DNA from: Acidobacteriaceae bacterium | GTDB lineage: Bacteria; Acidobacteriota; Terriglobia; Terriglobales; Acidobacteriaceae | Assembly: GCA_049578265.1 (NCBI GenBank) | Contig: JBAULP010000014.1 | Coordinates: 6,763 to 70,762 of the forward strand | Reading direction: 5' to 3' | Length of the DNA: 64,000 bases | Shown: positions 52,479 through 61,109 of the stretch, piece by piece | How the letters are laid out: each line of letters opens with the position of its first letter | Numbering within the stretch: the first letter of the stretch is position 1 | The notes under the pieces: generated by a model | Databases searched by the model: none | What the model saw: only the letters and a program-made list of their open reading frames with translations | Told to the model about the DNA's origin: nothing | Position numbers and translations under genes: made by a program

Positions 52479-53399
52479 TCAGCGGCACATCTTCGCCAAC
52501 TGGTCCTCAGGTTCCGTCGCATCCGGCATAGCCACGTTCGTCGTCGTAGCGGCCAACTCCATCAACAACCCCCCACCGGGATACGCCACCTTCGGATCCA
52601 CGCTGTATACCGGGTCGGACTCCGCCTTCGGCAGCGTAACGAACGTAAACCCTCGCTTGCGAAACAGCCCAATCAAATCCGGCAGCATCTTCGCATCGAA
52701 CGCCCCCACATGCAGCAGCAACACGTAAGGAATATCGCGCCCGTACAGCCGCTGTGAAAGTGTGCGCGAGTACGTAATGTACTCATCCGCTGTCGCCAGG
52801 TAGCTCTCATGCAAGGATGCAATCGCCGCATCATCCTTCTTCACCGAGCAACGCGCATAGGCGTCATTCCACATGTAATCCCCAAAGTCGATCGTCACCT
52901 CGGCAATCCGATAGTGATGCGCAAACAACCAGTCGCGCACCGCATCCCGCTTCGCCATCGTGTCGCCCTCCTCCAGGTACGGAAAGCGGAACCAGTGCCA
53001 GTCACCATCCGGATCCACCTTCTCCAGCACCGGCTCATCCTCGGCAATGTTGTGGATGTACTTCTTCGCCGAACTCTTATCCAGTGAAGGATGCGACCAC
53101 GTGTGGTTTCCCAGAGCATTTCCACTCGCAATCCACTCCCGCAGCAGCTCTGTCTGGTACGGATACTCCGCGGTCCGAAACCCATTCACAAACCCATAGA
53201 TTTGCGGCATGTCTTCCGCCTTCAAAACTTTGAGGATCGTCCGCATCGGCTCCGGCCGATACTCCCCTGGCGGCAGCGGCCCATGCGCCGGCAGATCATC
53301 GAACGTAAACGCAACCTGCAGCGGAGTCTGCTGGGCAGCAAGAGACAAAGGGCAGCAAAAGGTCAGCAGAAGAATCGACGGTAGGAGAACAAGCTTCAT
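52479..53399 (-). CDS. Secreted polysaccharide deacetylase (CE4/NodB)
   Basis: AFTFDDLP, LGNHTWSHP, FRFPYL, LLLH; signal peptide. Confidence 0.9.
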   Translation of the reverse strand: MKLVLLPSILLLTFCCPLSLAAQQTPLQVAFTFDDLPAHGPLPPGEYRPEPMRTILKVLKAEDMPQIYGFVNGFRTAEYPYQTELLREWIASGNALGNHTWSHPSLDKSSAKKYIHNIAEDEPVLEKVDPDGDWHWFRFPYLEEGDTMAKRDAVRDWLFAHHYRIAEVTIDFGDYMWNDAYARCSVKKDDAAIASLHESYLATADEYITYSRTLSQRLYGRDIPYVLLLHVGAFDAKMLPDLIGLFRKRGFTFVTLPKAESDPVYSVDPKVAYPGGGLLMELAATTTNVAMPDATEPEDQLAKMCR

Positions 53400-53539
53400 A
53401 GAGCAAGTAAACCAAATCCCGCAGGCAAGCGAACCAGCTCTCGAAACGAAGGACAACAAATGCCACCATCAAGAGAACCGAATCTCGCAGGGTCACCCGC
53501 CGCTTCCAGGCTGGTGGGGGCCGATCGCGCGCAAGGACC

Positions 53540-53698
53540 CCATGGAAAGCGTCCTTGACATGGGTGTAAAGCTTCCTTTACATGATGTAAAGGAAACTTT
53601 ACAGTTTTGGCCTCTTTTCGATGCTTTGTGCACTGAAAACCGCGTTGAAACCCCCGATTTGCAACACAAAACCCACCTATGAGTGCACTGAAACACAC
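53540..53698 (+). repeat. Left arm of a long inverted repeat with phased palindromes
   Basis: 18-bp units at 53543, 53565 and 53586 (TGTAAAG-N4-CTTTACA consensus) plus GCRYTGAA boxes at ~53630, 53642 and 53685; reverse-complement match to 54609-54789. Confidence 0.9.
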
Positions 53699-53725
53699 AT
53701 GGCGCGGCCGAAGCCGCGCCATGTG
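53696..53725 (-). terminator. Terminator hairpin for rpmI-rplT
   Basis: 13-bp stem CACATGGCGCGGC with a cUUCGg loop on the - strand, followed by TGTTT. Confidence 0.8.
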
Positions 53726-53758
53726 CTGTAAACCTGGAAATGACTCAAAAGAAAAGAA

Positions 53759-54142
53759 TTAAGCGGTAGCCCGAGCCTTCTTGGCCGCGTCCAGCGCGCC
53801 CTTAGCCGAAACCGCCAAAGCAGTGAAACCAGCCGCGTCATTGGCAGCAATGTCGGCGAGGACCTTGCGATCCAGACCAATGCCCGCCTTCTTGAGGCCG
53901 TTGATGAAGGTAGAATAGCTCATTCCATTGGACTTACAGGCTGCATTAATGCGCACGATCCAGAGCGAACGGAACTGGCGCTTCTTCTGCTTGCGGCCAA
54001 TATAGGCAAACTTCAACCCGCGCTCAACGGCTTCCTGAGCTGCTTGGTAAAGCTTTGATTTTGTTAGGAAATAACCGCTTGCGCGCTTGAGGATCTTCTT
54101 GCGGCGGTCGTTGCGTTTGGTACTCCGTTTTACACGGGGCAT
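53759..54142 (-). CDS. rplT: 50S ribosomal protein L20
   Basis: MPRVKR...[19 protein letters not shown]...[24 protein letters not shown]. Confidence 0.99.
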   Translation of the reverse strand: MPRVKRSTKRNDRRKKILKRASGYFLTKSKLYQAAQEAVERGLKFAYIGRKQKKRQFRSLWIVRINAACKSNGMSYSTFINGLKKAGIGLDRKVLADIAANDAAGFTALAVSAKGALDAAKKARATA

Positions 54143-54341
54143 GGCTCTATCTCCTTTTGCGTCAATCGTTTAGCGGCTGGAGGTAAGGGTGGCCTCTTCA
54201 CTCGCTTTCACCTTCGAATCTCGGTGGATTTGCTTCGCAAATCCAGGGGCCTATACGCTTTGCGGCCCGTAACAAATCTTTTCCAGATTCTGGTTGAAAG
54301 ACTTATGGCTCGATTCAAATAACTCTATATGCTGCAACGCT

Positions 54342-54539
54342 TTACGCGTAAGGCAACATGCGTGCGACCTTCGGGGTATCTGCTTCCGAGACGAGCACAA
54401 TGCGACCGAGTTTGCTCTTTGTTTGGTTCGTCTTAGAGGTAAGAATGTGGCGCATCTTCGTTTGACCGCGCTTGAACTTGCCTGTGCCGGTCTTTTTGAA
54501 GCGTTTTGCCGCGCCCGAGTGGGTTTTTAGCTTTGGCAT
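54342..54539 (-). CDS. rpmI: 50S ribosomal protein L35
   Basis: [21 protein letters not shown]...RHILT...MLPYA. Confidence 0.99.
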   Translation of the reverse strand: MPKLKTHSGAAKRFKKTGTGKFKRGQTKMRHILTSKTNQTKSKLGRIVLVSEADTPKVARMLPYA

Positions 54540-54608
54540 TTTGGTATTTCCTGAGGAAAACTGCTATTGGACAACGTCATTCAGGATAGCACGTTTGCGG
54601 GGAAAACC

Positions 54609-54789
54609 GTGAGTTTCAGTGCGTTCCGAACCCGGTTTTGTGTTGCAATTCGGGGGGTTCAGCGCGGTTTTCAGCGCACAAAGCGTCACGGAAGGGGCAA
54701 AAGTGTAAAGCTTCCTTTACAAAATGTAAAGGAAGCTTGACGTCGATGTAAAGGTACCTTTACACCAATGTCAAGGACGCTTTACATGG
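54609..54789 (-). repeat. Right arm of the long inverted repeat with phased palindromes
   Basis: 18-bp units at 54704, 54725, 54747 and 54769; three TTCARYGC boxes at ~54615, 54658 and 54670. Confidence 0.9.
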
Positions 54790-55393
54790 TTGCTGGCTGG
54801 CTGCGCTCGTGTGGCTGGGCGATGCGGACGGAGGCCATGCCGGCGGCGGTGGCGGCCTGGATGCCGATGTCGGCGTCCTCGAAGACGAGGCAGTCGGAGG
54901 GCTCTACGCCCAGGCGCTCGGCGGCGAGGAGGAAGGGGTCGGGGGCGGGCTTGGGGTGAGCGTAGTCGCCGGCGCAGACGAGGGTTTCGAAGAGGGGAAG
55001 GATGCCGAGGGTTTCGAGGGAGCGGACGACGGACTCGCGGGTGCTGCCGGAGACGACGGCGAAGGGGATGTTGCCGTGCTGGAGGCGGATCTGCTCGAGG
55101 ACCTCGGGGACGGGCTGGAGCTGGTGGATGAGGTCGTAATAGAGGCTCTCTTTGCGGTGGGCGAACTCGGCGAGGGGGATGGAGAGGTTATCGCGGCGGT
55201 TGAGTTCGGTGACGACGGCGTCGACGGGGCGACCGCCCCAGGCGTAGAAGAGCTCTTCGGTGAAGGAGGCGCAGCCGTACTCGTAGAGGGCCTGGGTCCA
55301 GGCGATGAAGTGGATGGGCATGGAGTCGGCGATGGTGCCGTCGCAGTCGAAGAGGTAGGCCTTGAAATCGCCTTCGGGGAGTTGCAGGGTCAT
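54782..55393 (-). CDS. HAD-superfamily phosphatase (YqaB/beta-PGM-like)
   Basis: LFDCDGTIADS, VVSG, KPAPD, VFEDADIG. Confidence 0.92.
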   Translation of the reverse strand: MTLQLPEGDFKAYLFDCDGTIADSMPIHFIAWTQALYEYGCASFTEELFYAWGGRPVDAVVTELNRRDNLSIPLAEFAHRKESLYYDLIHQLQPVPEVLEQIRLQHGNIPFAVVSGSTRESVVRSLETLGILPLFETLVCAGDYAHPKPAPDPFLLAAERLGVEPSDCLVFEDADIGIQAATAAGMASVRIAQPHERSQPATM

Positions 55394-55441
55394 GGTTCTA
55401 TTGTCTCGCAGGCGAAGCTCTCACGGCATGAACTGGAGCAG

Positions 55442-57721
55442 CTACGCCTGCAGTGCATTGACTATGCGAAGCGTTCTTTTCACTAGCCCCCCAAGCTCCT
55501 GGGGATCGATAGTATCGGAGGTATTATCTGATAGGTCTTCGCCATGATGGTATTCGGCTGACTCGTTAATTTCGTTCAGATCGTCATAGAGATGGTGAGC
55601 CGGGTGAGATGTTCCCTCTTCCCGGATTTTCCGTATCATGTCGCCGAGCCACTTTTCTTGCTCTGTAAAGCTCGCGGGAAATGTGGTTCGCAGATAGGTT
55701 TCCAGCACAGTACGCATTTTCCGGTAGATGTCGATCGGTTTGCCAGCTCGGTCGCGGTGGAAGCTGATTAGGTCGTCGATGTCAGCCGCTGTGCGCCCTT
55801 TGCAGCACTCTTCAAGGTTGAGAGCCATTATCTTGGAGCCATGCCGCCCATGGTCGACGATGCCGAGTGATACCCGGTGTGCGGGCTCGCACTTGTCCCA
55901 GATTTGTTTCAGGAATCCGGCGTCGTGCGAGAGCACAATCACTTGCTTGCACCTTCGCCCCACTTTGATAATCTCGTGGACGGTCTGCCTGCGACGAAAG
56001 GCGTCTTGACTATTGAACGGGTCGTCAAAAACTACTATGCAGGAGTCTAGGAACTGGTGGCGCTCGAGGTCGGCGATGAAAAATGCGAGCGCAAGAGTAG
56101 AGCGATCCCCTGCGCTCAGAGTGTTCTTGAAGCTCGGGAGGCTATCAGGAGTATCGCTCGCGCCCAGATTAACTGCCTTGTTGTTGATGATGATCTGGTA
56201 GCTTGAGGTAGCTACGCCGCCTATATAGCTGTGTTGGGTCTGGCCAATCATGAAGCCAGCGTTGAAGTTCTCCAGTAGCTCATTGATGCGGTCCTGATAG
56301 GGCCTGACAACGGTTTCGGTATGTTTGTCTAATTCTGCTCGTACTGTGGCCTTTTCGGCGTCGATTTTCTTTTTTTCCTCCTGGATCTTACCGCGTTCAT
56401 CGCACAGCTTCTTCACTTGTGGGCTATACCGTGTCTTCGTGTGTTTCAGCCGTTCGAGCTGGGTCTTCACGGACTGAGTGTTTCCTTCGCCAGCCTCCTG
56501 CTTCTTAAGCTTAAGGATTTGGTTGACCGCGTTCGTTTCCTCATTGAATGCTGCTGCCTTCTGGGTCTCGTTCTCATAGGCAACTATGGCGATTGTCGCT
56601 GACGCGCTCAGATGTAATGGCTCCAAGGGCAGGTTCGATTTGTGCGTCAGGACACTTCTCAGGGCGTCCGCTAGGTTGCGCATTGCTGCCTGACACGATG
56701 CCGGACGTTTCGGAGGATCGATCAATGCGTGCTCCGACCAGAATTCAATCGCGCTGCGGTACTGCTCTGCCTGAACATCGAGCCTGGAGACGGCCGTCTC
56801 TCCAAACAGCCGCTCGATGGTCGAGGCCAGAGTCTCGATCTCTAGCTTTAACTGCCTGTAGCTCTCCCCATACATCGCACGATAATCCGCTACCAGCGGT
56901 AGCCCTCTTACGTCCTGTCCACAAAATGCGCAGCTGTCAGAGGTATGTTCTAGGCCTTGGGATATCCAGTTGCCGCTGCCCTCGGCCATACCATGGGAAG
57001 CCAAATGCTCGGCTATTCGCTTTTCTGCCCCTTCCGCAACGTTGTCCACGGACGAGGAGAGAACTTGCTGAAGTGTCCCAGGTACGTCAGGAAGTTCAAT
57101 GAGGGGGAGGAGCGTCCTAGCCGTTATGGTCGCTGCATCGCCGATCGTCTTCAGTTTCGATTCCTGGATAGAAATTTGATCTTCGACTGTATTGATTTCC
57201 GGAAGATCAATGAACGTTTCCAACTTCATGCCGATCGGCAAGTGTGACTTGAGTGCCTTGTCTATAGCGGTTGTCTCGGTAGCCTTTGAGCGGCTCCCAG
57301 CTGACAATCTAGCTTCTTGCTGCGCCAGGCTGACGCCGGCCGCCCCAACAATAACGCGATACAAGCCACGCTTCTGTTCGGTATCGACCGTGTCGCCGGA
57401 GTGGATATTTTCAGAGACGAAAACGTTATCGAAGATTGCGAGAAGAGGGTGTGTGCGTGTCCACTTGGCGCCGTCAAAGAGGGCATTGCCAGCTACCATC
57501 AACAGATTCACTTCCGGCGCAGCGGCGGTCCCCAGCGTTTTTCGACCGACGATATATTCGCCTTTGCCGGTTTGGAGCGAACGCAGTATGGAGCCAATGG
57601 TGGTCTTCCCGTGACCGTTGGCTCCGTGTATGAAGGTGTGCTTCTTGAAAGTTGTATTACCGCCCGCGGCAGAATTTTGAAAGCGACCTACGTTCTTGAT
57701 CGCGATGATCTTCTGTAGCAT
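55442..57721 (-). CDS. RloC-like AAA_13 ATPase with zinc-hook and C-terminal HEPN-like domain
   Basis: Walker A GANGHGKTT, coiled coil with CAFCGQ, LSAGDR signature, VFDDPFNSQD, VLSHD, then R.VLE...N....YHH; atypical composition. Confidence 0.82.
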   Translation of the reverse strand: MLQKIIAIKNVGRFQNSAAGGNTTFKKHTFIHGANGHGKTTIGSILRSLQTGKGEYIVGRKTLGTAAAPEVNLLMVAGNALFDGAKWTRTHPLLAIFDNVFVSENIHSGDTVDTEQKRGLYRVIVGAAGVSLAQQEARLSAGSRSKATETTAIDKALKSHLPIGMKLETFIDLPEINTVEDQISIQESKLKTIGDAATITARTLLPLIELPDVPGTLQQVLSSSVDNVAEGAEKRIAEHLASHGMAEGSGNWISQGLEHTSDSCAFCGQDVRGLPLVADYRAMYGESYRQLKLEIETLASTIERLFGETAVSRLDVQAEQYRSAIEFWSEHALIDPPKRPASCQAAMRNLADALRSVLTHKSNLPLEPLHLSASATIAIVAYENETQKAAAFNEETNAVNQILKLKKQEAGEGNTQSVKTQLERLKHTKTRYSPQVKKLCDERGKIQEEKKKIDAEKATVRAELDKHTETVVRPYQDRINELLENFNAGFMIGQTQHSYIGGVATSSYQIIINNKAVNLGASDTPDSLPSFKNTLSAGDRSTLALAFFIADLERHQFLDSCIVVFDDPFNSQDAFRRRQTVHEIIKVGRRCKQVIVLSHDAGFLKQIWDKCEPAHRVSLGIVDHGRHGSKIMALNLEECCKGRTAADIDDLISFHRDRAGKPIDIYRKMRTVLETYLRTTFPASFTEQEKWLGDMIRKIREEGTSHPAHHLYDDLNEINESAEYHHGEDLSDNTSDTIDPQELGGLVKRTLRIVNALQA

Positions 57722-57931
57722 GCGCGCTTCCCGGCGGGTCAATGATACCGCCATCCTTGCGGGTTTGACGTGGCTGAATCTATGGTCTGGTTTACTTAAG
57801 GAACTGTATGCAACTCCATTTTCTTAAGACGTAATCATATACCCGCGAAACCTGCGTCTGATGTCTGCCGATCAGCCCAACTGTGCATCACGGCGCGTAT
57901 GAATGGGGCGTCCGCAGGTGGGTGGGGGCGA

Positions 57932-58732
57932 TTAGCCGCGGGGTAGGATGCGGGCTAGGGCGAAGATGAGGGCGTCTTCTACGAAGTCGCCTACGTTGTG
58001 GGAGATGGCTGGGGCTAGCAGGCTTCCCGATCTTTCGAGCAACCAGGCGTAAAAGATGCCCAGGGCCGCGGCGTAGAACTGCTGGCCTAGCGCTATTGGC
58101 CATGGATCGGTTCGGAAGTTGCCGATGTGGGCGAGCGCGAAGATGAGGGCGATGGTGTAGCCCGCGGTGCTGAGTTCAAATGTACCGATGCGCAGGCGCG
58201 AGGGTGAGAGATCGCGAAGCAGACCGAGCAGGAAGCCACGAAACAAGGTCTCTTCGCAGAACCCGACGATGAAGAGCTCGAAGATGAGCCAGCCGGCGAT
58301 GTCCGCGGGGCGCGAGGCGGGAGCGTGCGGGGCGCGGCCGCGGAAGAGGTGCGCTCCCTGGTCGACCACGAGCATGATGAGACCAAAGGTGATGCCGCCG
58401 ACAATCGCTTTCCCGATGAGAGAGTTGCCGGTGGGAAGGCGGAGGCCGAAGTCGGCTTGCGGACGCCACTTTCTGAAGAGAGCGATACCGAGAAGCGCCA
58501 TGAGCAGCTCGCAGGGTTCGGCGATCATCAACATTGGCCAGACGCGTGGAATTAATGCCGGGGCCGTATGGTGAAGGATCGTTGTTGCAATGGCGAAGCT
58601 GACGGCAATGGTTACTTGCGAGAGAACGAAGACGAGCAGGATGGGCAGGATGCGCAGCCTGGGGCCTTGCCACTCGATCCAACGCGGGGTGGTATGGGGC
58701 GGGTGACTTGTCTCGTTGACTTCGATCGCCAT
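57932..58732 (-). CDS. CPBP/CAAX (Abi) intramembrane metalloprotease
   Basis: EETLFRG, FALAH, SGSLLAPAISHN motifs. Confidence 0.9.
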   Translation of the reverse strand: MAIEVNETSHPPHTTPRWIEWQGPRLRILPILLVFVLSQVTIAVSFAIATTILHHTAPALIPRVWPMLMIAEPCELLMALLGIALFRKWRPQADFGLRLPTGNSLIGKAIVGGITFGLIMLVVDQGAHLFRGRAPHAPASRPADIAGWLIFELFIVGFCEETLFRGFLLGLLRDLSPSRLRIGTFELSTAGYTIALIFALAHIGNFRTDPWPIALGQQFYAAALGIFYAWLLERSGSLLAPAISHNVGDFVEDALIFALARILPRG

Positions 58733-58755
58733 GCGTCGAGTTTAAGAGGACGTGC

Positions 58756-59433
58756 TTAGCGGGTCTTGAATCTATTTGCACGCGAACGCAGGGCTACGGG
58801 CGATTGACCGGTGAGGGTTTTCACGCTGCGGGTCATGTGGGGTTGATCGGCGAAATTTAATTCGGCTGCGATGTTTGCGAGGGATGCGCTCCCAATTTCG
58901 ATGGCCTGCAACGCGTGGCGGGCACGCATGCGGGCGCGGAAGGCTGAGGGCGAGATTCCGAAGACTTGAGAGAAGCCGCGCGAAACGGCCCATGGGGACA
59001 AGCGATGCGTGCGACTCCAACGGGAGAGGCTTAGCGTTGGGTTGCGGCGGAGGTCGGCGGCGAGCAGGTCGGGCCAGTCGGATGGGTCGTCGATGCGTGA
59101 CCTGCGGATGCGGCTGAGTAATCGGGTGAGGGCTTCGGTTTGGCTGCGCTCGGATGCGCGTACTAAGTCGTCGGGATCGGCGACGGTTGCGCGGCCAGGG
59201 ATGAAGTGGATTCCGCGCGGGATTTTGAGATTGAGGACAGTGGCTCCGGAACAGGAGAGGCGGTTGGTGTGCGCTTCGAAGCGATCGTGGAGGACGACGT
59301 CGCCGGCACGGACGCAGAAACGGCCGCCGTCGCCGGCCTCTTCGTATCCGCCGGAGAGAATGATCGCGGCGTAGGCGCATTGGTGCACATGACGACGGAG
59401 GACGGGCGACCGGATTGTCTGCCAGGTGCGCAT
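58756..59433 (-). CDS. AraC family regulator
   Basis: N-terminal cupin-like H.H...GGYEE; C-terminal HTH LA.IA..L.FADQPHMTR. Confidence 0.85.
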   Translation of the reverse strand: MRTWQTIRSPVLRRHVHQCAYAAIILSGGYEEAGDGGRFCVRAGDVVLHDRFEAHTNRLSCSGATVLNLKIPRGIHFIPGRATVADPDDLVRASERSQTEALTRLLSRIRRSRIDDPSDWPDLLAADLRRNPTLSLSRWSRTHRLSPWAVSRGFSQVFGISPSAFRARMRARHALQAIEIGSASLANIAAELNFADQPHMTRSVKTLTGQSPVALRSRANRFKTR

Positions 59434-59510
59434 CTCAGATTAAGTATGCTTCAGGGCGTCTCAACTATGCACGAACGCCTTGCCTGAGGGGGACACTGGG
59501 ATGCGGTGCG

Positions 59511-59897
59511 CTAGTCCTTGGCGGGATGGAGACGAATCCAGAGGAAGTAGGAGATGAGCCAGAGAATGCTGGTGGTGGTGGAGGGGACGAAGGACATGGG
59601 GCGATCGTGGATGGAGGCGTGGGCTATGACGGCGGAGATGAGGTTGATGGCGAAGCCGGCGTAGGCCCACTCCTTGAGGCGGGCGGGGACGCTGGGGATG
59701 AGCAGCGCGAGGACGCCCAGGACCTTGGCCCAGGAGAGTTCGATGCGGAAGGCTGGGGAGGGAAAGCCGAGGCGCGCGAAGGCCTGCGCGGACTGGGGCA
59801 GAGCGTGCAACTCCCAGAAGGCCGTGAAGGTCATCTCCAGACAGAAGAGCGCGGTGAAGATCCAGAAGACGATGAGGAGCTTTTTTGAGGCGTTCAT
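59511..59897 (-). CDS. DoxX-like family membrane protein
   Basis: LGFP..F...L..AKVLG..LL.P...LKEWAYAGF..SAV.AH. Confidence 0.88.
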   Translation of the reverse strand: MNASKKLLIVFWIFTALFCLEMTFTAFWELHALPQSAQAFARLGFPSPAFRIELSWAKVLGVLALLIPSVPARLKEWAYAGFAINLISAVIAHASIHDRPMSFVPSTTTSILWLISYFLWIRLHPAKD

Positions 59898-60005
59898 AGT
59901 TTTCCTTTCCGAGCAGAGGTTGCGGTTTGGGAAACAGCGCTGCCAGCCGTGGCGAGCGCTGTTAAGGGCAGTATGATGACGGTGCGGCTTCTGCGGCGGG
60001 CCTGG

Positions 60006-60332
60006 TCATGGTTGCATCTTCTCCAAGAGGGATTCGAGGCGATCGAAACGAGCTTTCCAGAAGACGCTGTAGTCGCGGAGCCAGTTTGCGAGCGGCTCAA
60101 GAGATGCAGAGTTGGCGTGGTAGTGGGTCTCGCGGCCCTGGCAACGGGGATGCACGAGGTGTGCGCGCTTGAGCACGGCGAGATGCCTGGAGACGGCTGG
60201 TTGCGAGACGCCGGCCAGACGGGTGAGAGCGTGCACCGTAAGCTCGCCTCTGCGGCTGAGCTCTTCGAAGAGGGCGCGACGGGTGGGGTCGGCGAGGGCT
60301 CGGAAGACGGGATTGGGGCGGCCGTTCTTCAT
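60006..60332 (-). CDS. ArsR/SmtB family regulator
   Basis: FRALADPTRRALF, SQPAVSRHL.VL, FW.ARFDRL; start ATG 60332. Confidence 0.9.
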   Translation of the reverse strand: MKNGRPNPVFRALADPTRRALFEELSRRGELTVHALTRLAGVSQPAVSRHLAVLKRAHLVHPRCQGRETHYHANSASLEPLANWLRDYSVFWKARFDRLESLLEKMQP

Positions 60333-60337
60333 GAAGA

Positions 60338-60368
60338 AAACCATAACCATTTGGTTATGGTTTGTCAA
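60338..60368 (-). promoter_or_regulatory. Promoter with perfect ArsR operator
   Basis: TTGACA-17-TATGGT-7-ATG on the - strand; AAACCATAACCA-TT-TGGTTATGGTTT (12-bp arms) at 60338-60363. Confidence 0.85.
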
Positions 60369-60407
60369 GTGGATGGATGGGCAGCGTAAGGGCGAGTGGG
60401 AGTGGGT

Positions 60408-60647
60408 TTAGCTGGAGGCGAGGATTTGGAGGAAGCGTTTCGGGTCGAGGTGGTATTTGAAGGCCTTGCGACCGTTGATGAAGACTACTGGGACTTCTTC
60501 GTTGTAGAGCGCACGAAGGGAGGGGTCGGCGTCGATGTCTACTACGTGCCAGTGGAAGGTGGCTTCGGTTTCGAGTTTCGCGAGGGTGTCTTTTACGACG
60601 TCGCAGAGGTGGCAGCCGACGCGCGAGTAGACGATGACTTCGTGCAT
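60408..60647 (-). CDS. Glutaredoxin-like protein (DUF836)
   Basis: YSRVGCHLCD, VDID.D..L...Y..EVPVV.ING. Confidence 0.88.
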   Translation of the reverse strand: MHEVIVYSRVGCHLCDVVKDTLAKLETEATFHWHVVDIDADPSLRALYNEEVPVVFINGRKAFKYHLDPKRFLQILASS

Positions 60648-60932
60648 GGAGTGATTGTAGTTTGCGGGGATGGGGTGCGGCTGGCAGATGCTGCCCGTGG
60701 CGGGCCCGGCGCTGGGCGGTCTCTGGAAGGCCAGGAAGTGAATTGGTCTTTCGTCGAGAAACATCACAGTTTCATTCAAGTTCCATCAGGACGGCGGAGC
60801 TGCGGGAAGAGCAGGCTCGAGCCTGGAGATTGGCACCTGCGGCAACTGGCATGGAAGGAGTTTCCTTCCGGATCTGGGCAGGTGACTCCAATGGAACGAG
60901 AACGCATCCCGATCAAGGAAAAGGTGAAGGCT

Positions 60933-61109
60933 ATGAGCAAGTGCAGTGTATTCGCAGCGCAGTTTGGCAGGTTAGAGACCGAGATTATGAACCTGGAAGA
61001 GCGCAGGACGCTCTATCCCGATCCCGCCGTGGTGGAGAAGATGATCCAGTCGCTGCAGCAGGCGGCCTCCTATGCACTGAAGGAGTATGAGGCTTGCATG
61101 AAGGGCTAG
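60933..61109 (+). CDS. Small hypothetical helical protein
   Basis: 58-aa ORF after AAGGTGAAGG, with Cys near each end; alternative start 60891. Confidence 0.45.
   Translation: MSKCSVFAAQFGRLETEIMNLEERRTLYPDPAVVEKMIQSLQQAASYALKEYEACMKG

Noticed and set aside
54312..54339. Possible dif site (CGTTGCAGCAT-ATAGAG-TTATTTGAATC on the - strand)
   Set aside because: Only a partial XerD-arm match, and the XerC arm lacks the ATAA inner end; too weak to call
53543..54786. Palindrome arrays as a mini-CRISPR, IS ends or a true TyrR regulon
   Set aside because: Spacers are only 3-4 bp; there is no transposase or target duplication; TyrR is a gammaproteobacterial regulator and no aromatic amino acid genes are adjacent, so only the format similarity is noted
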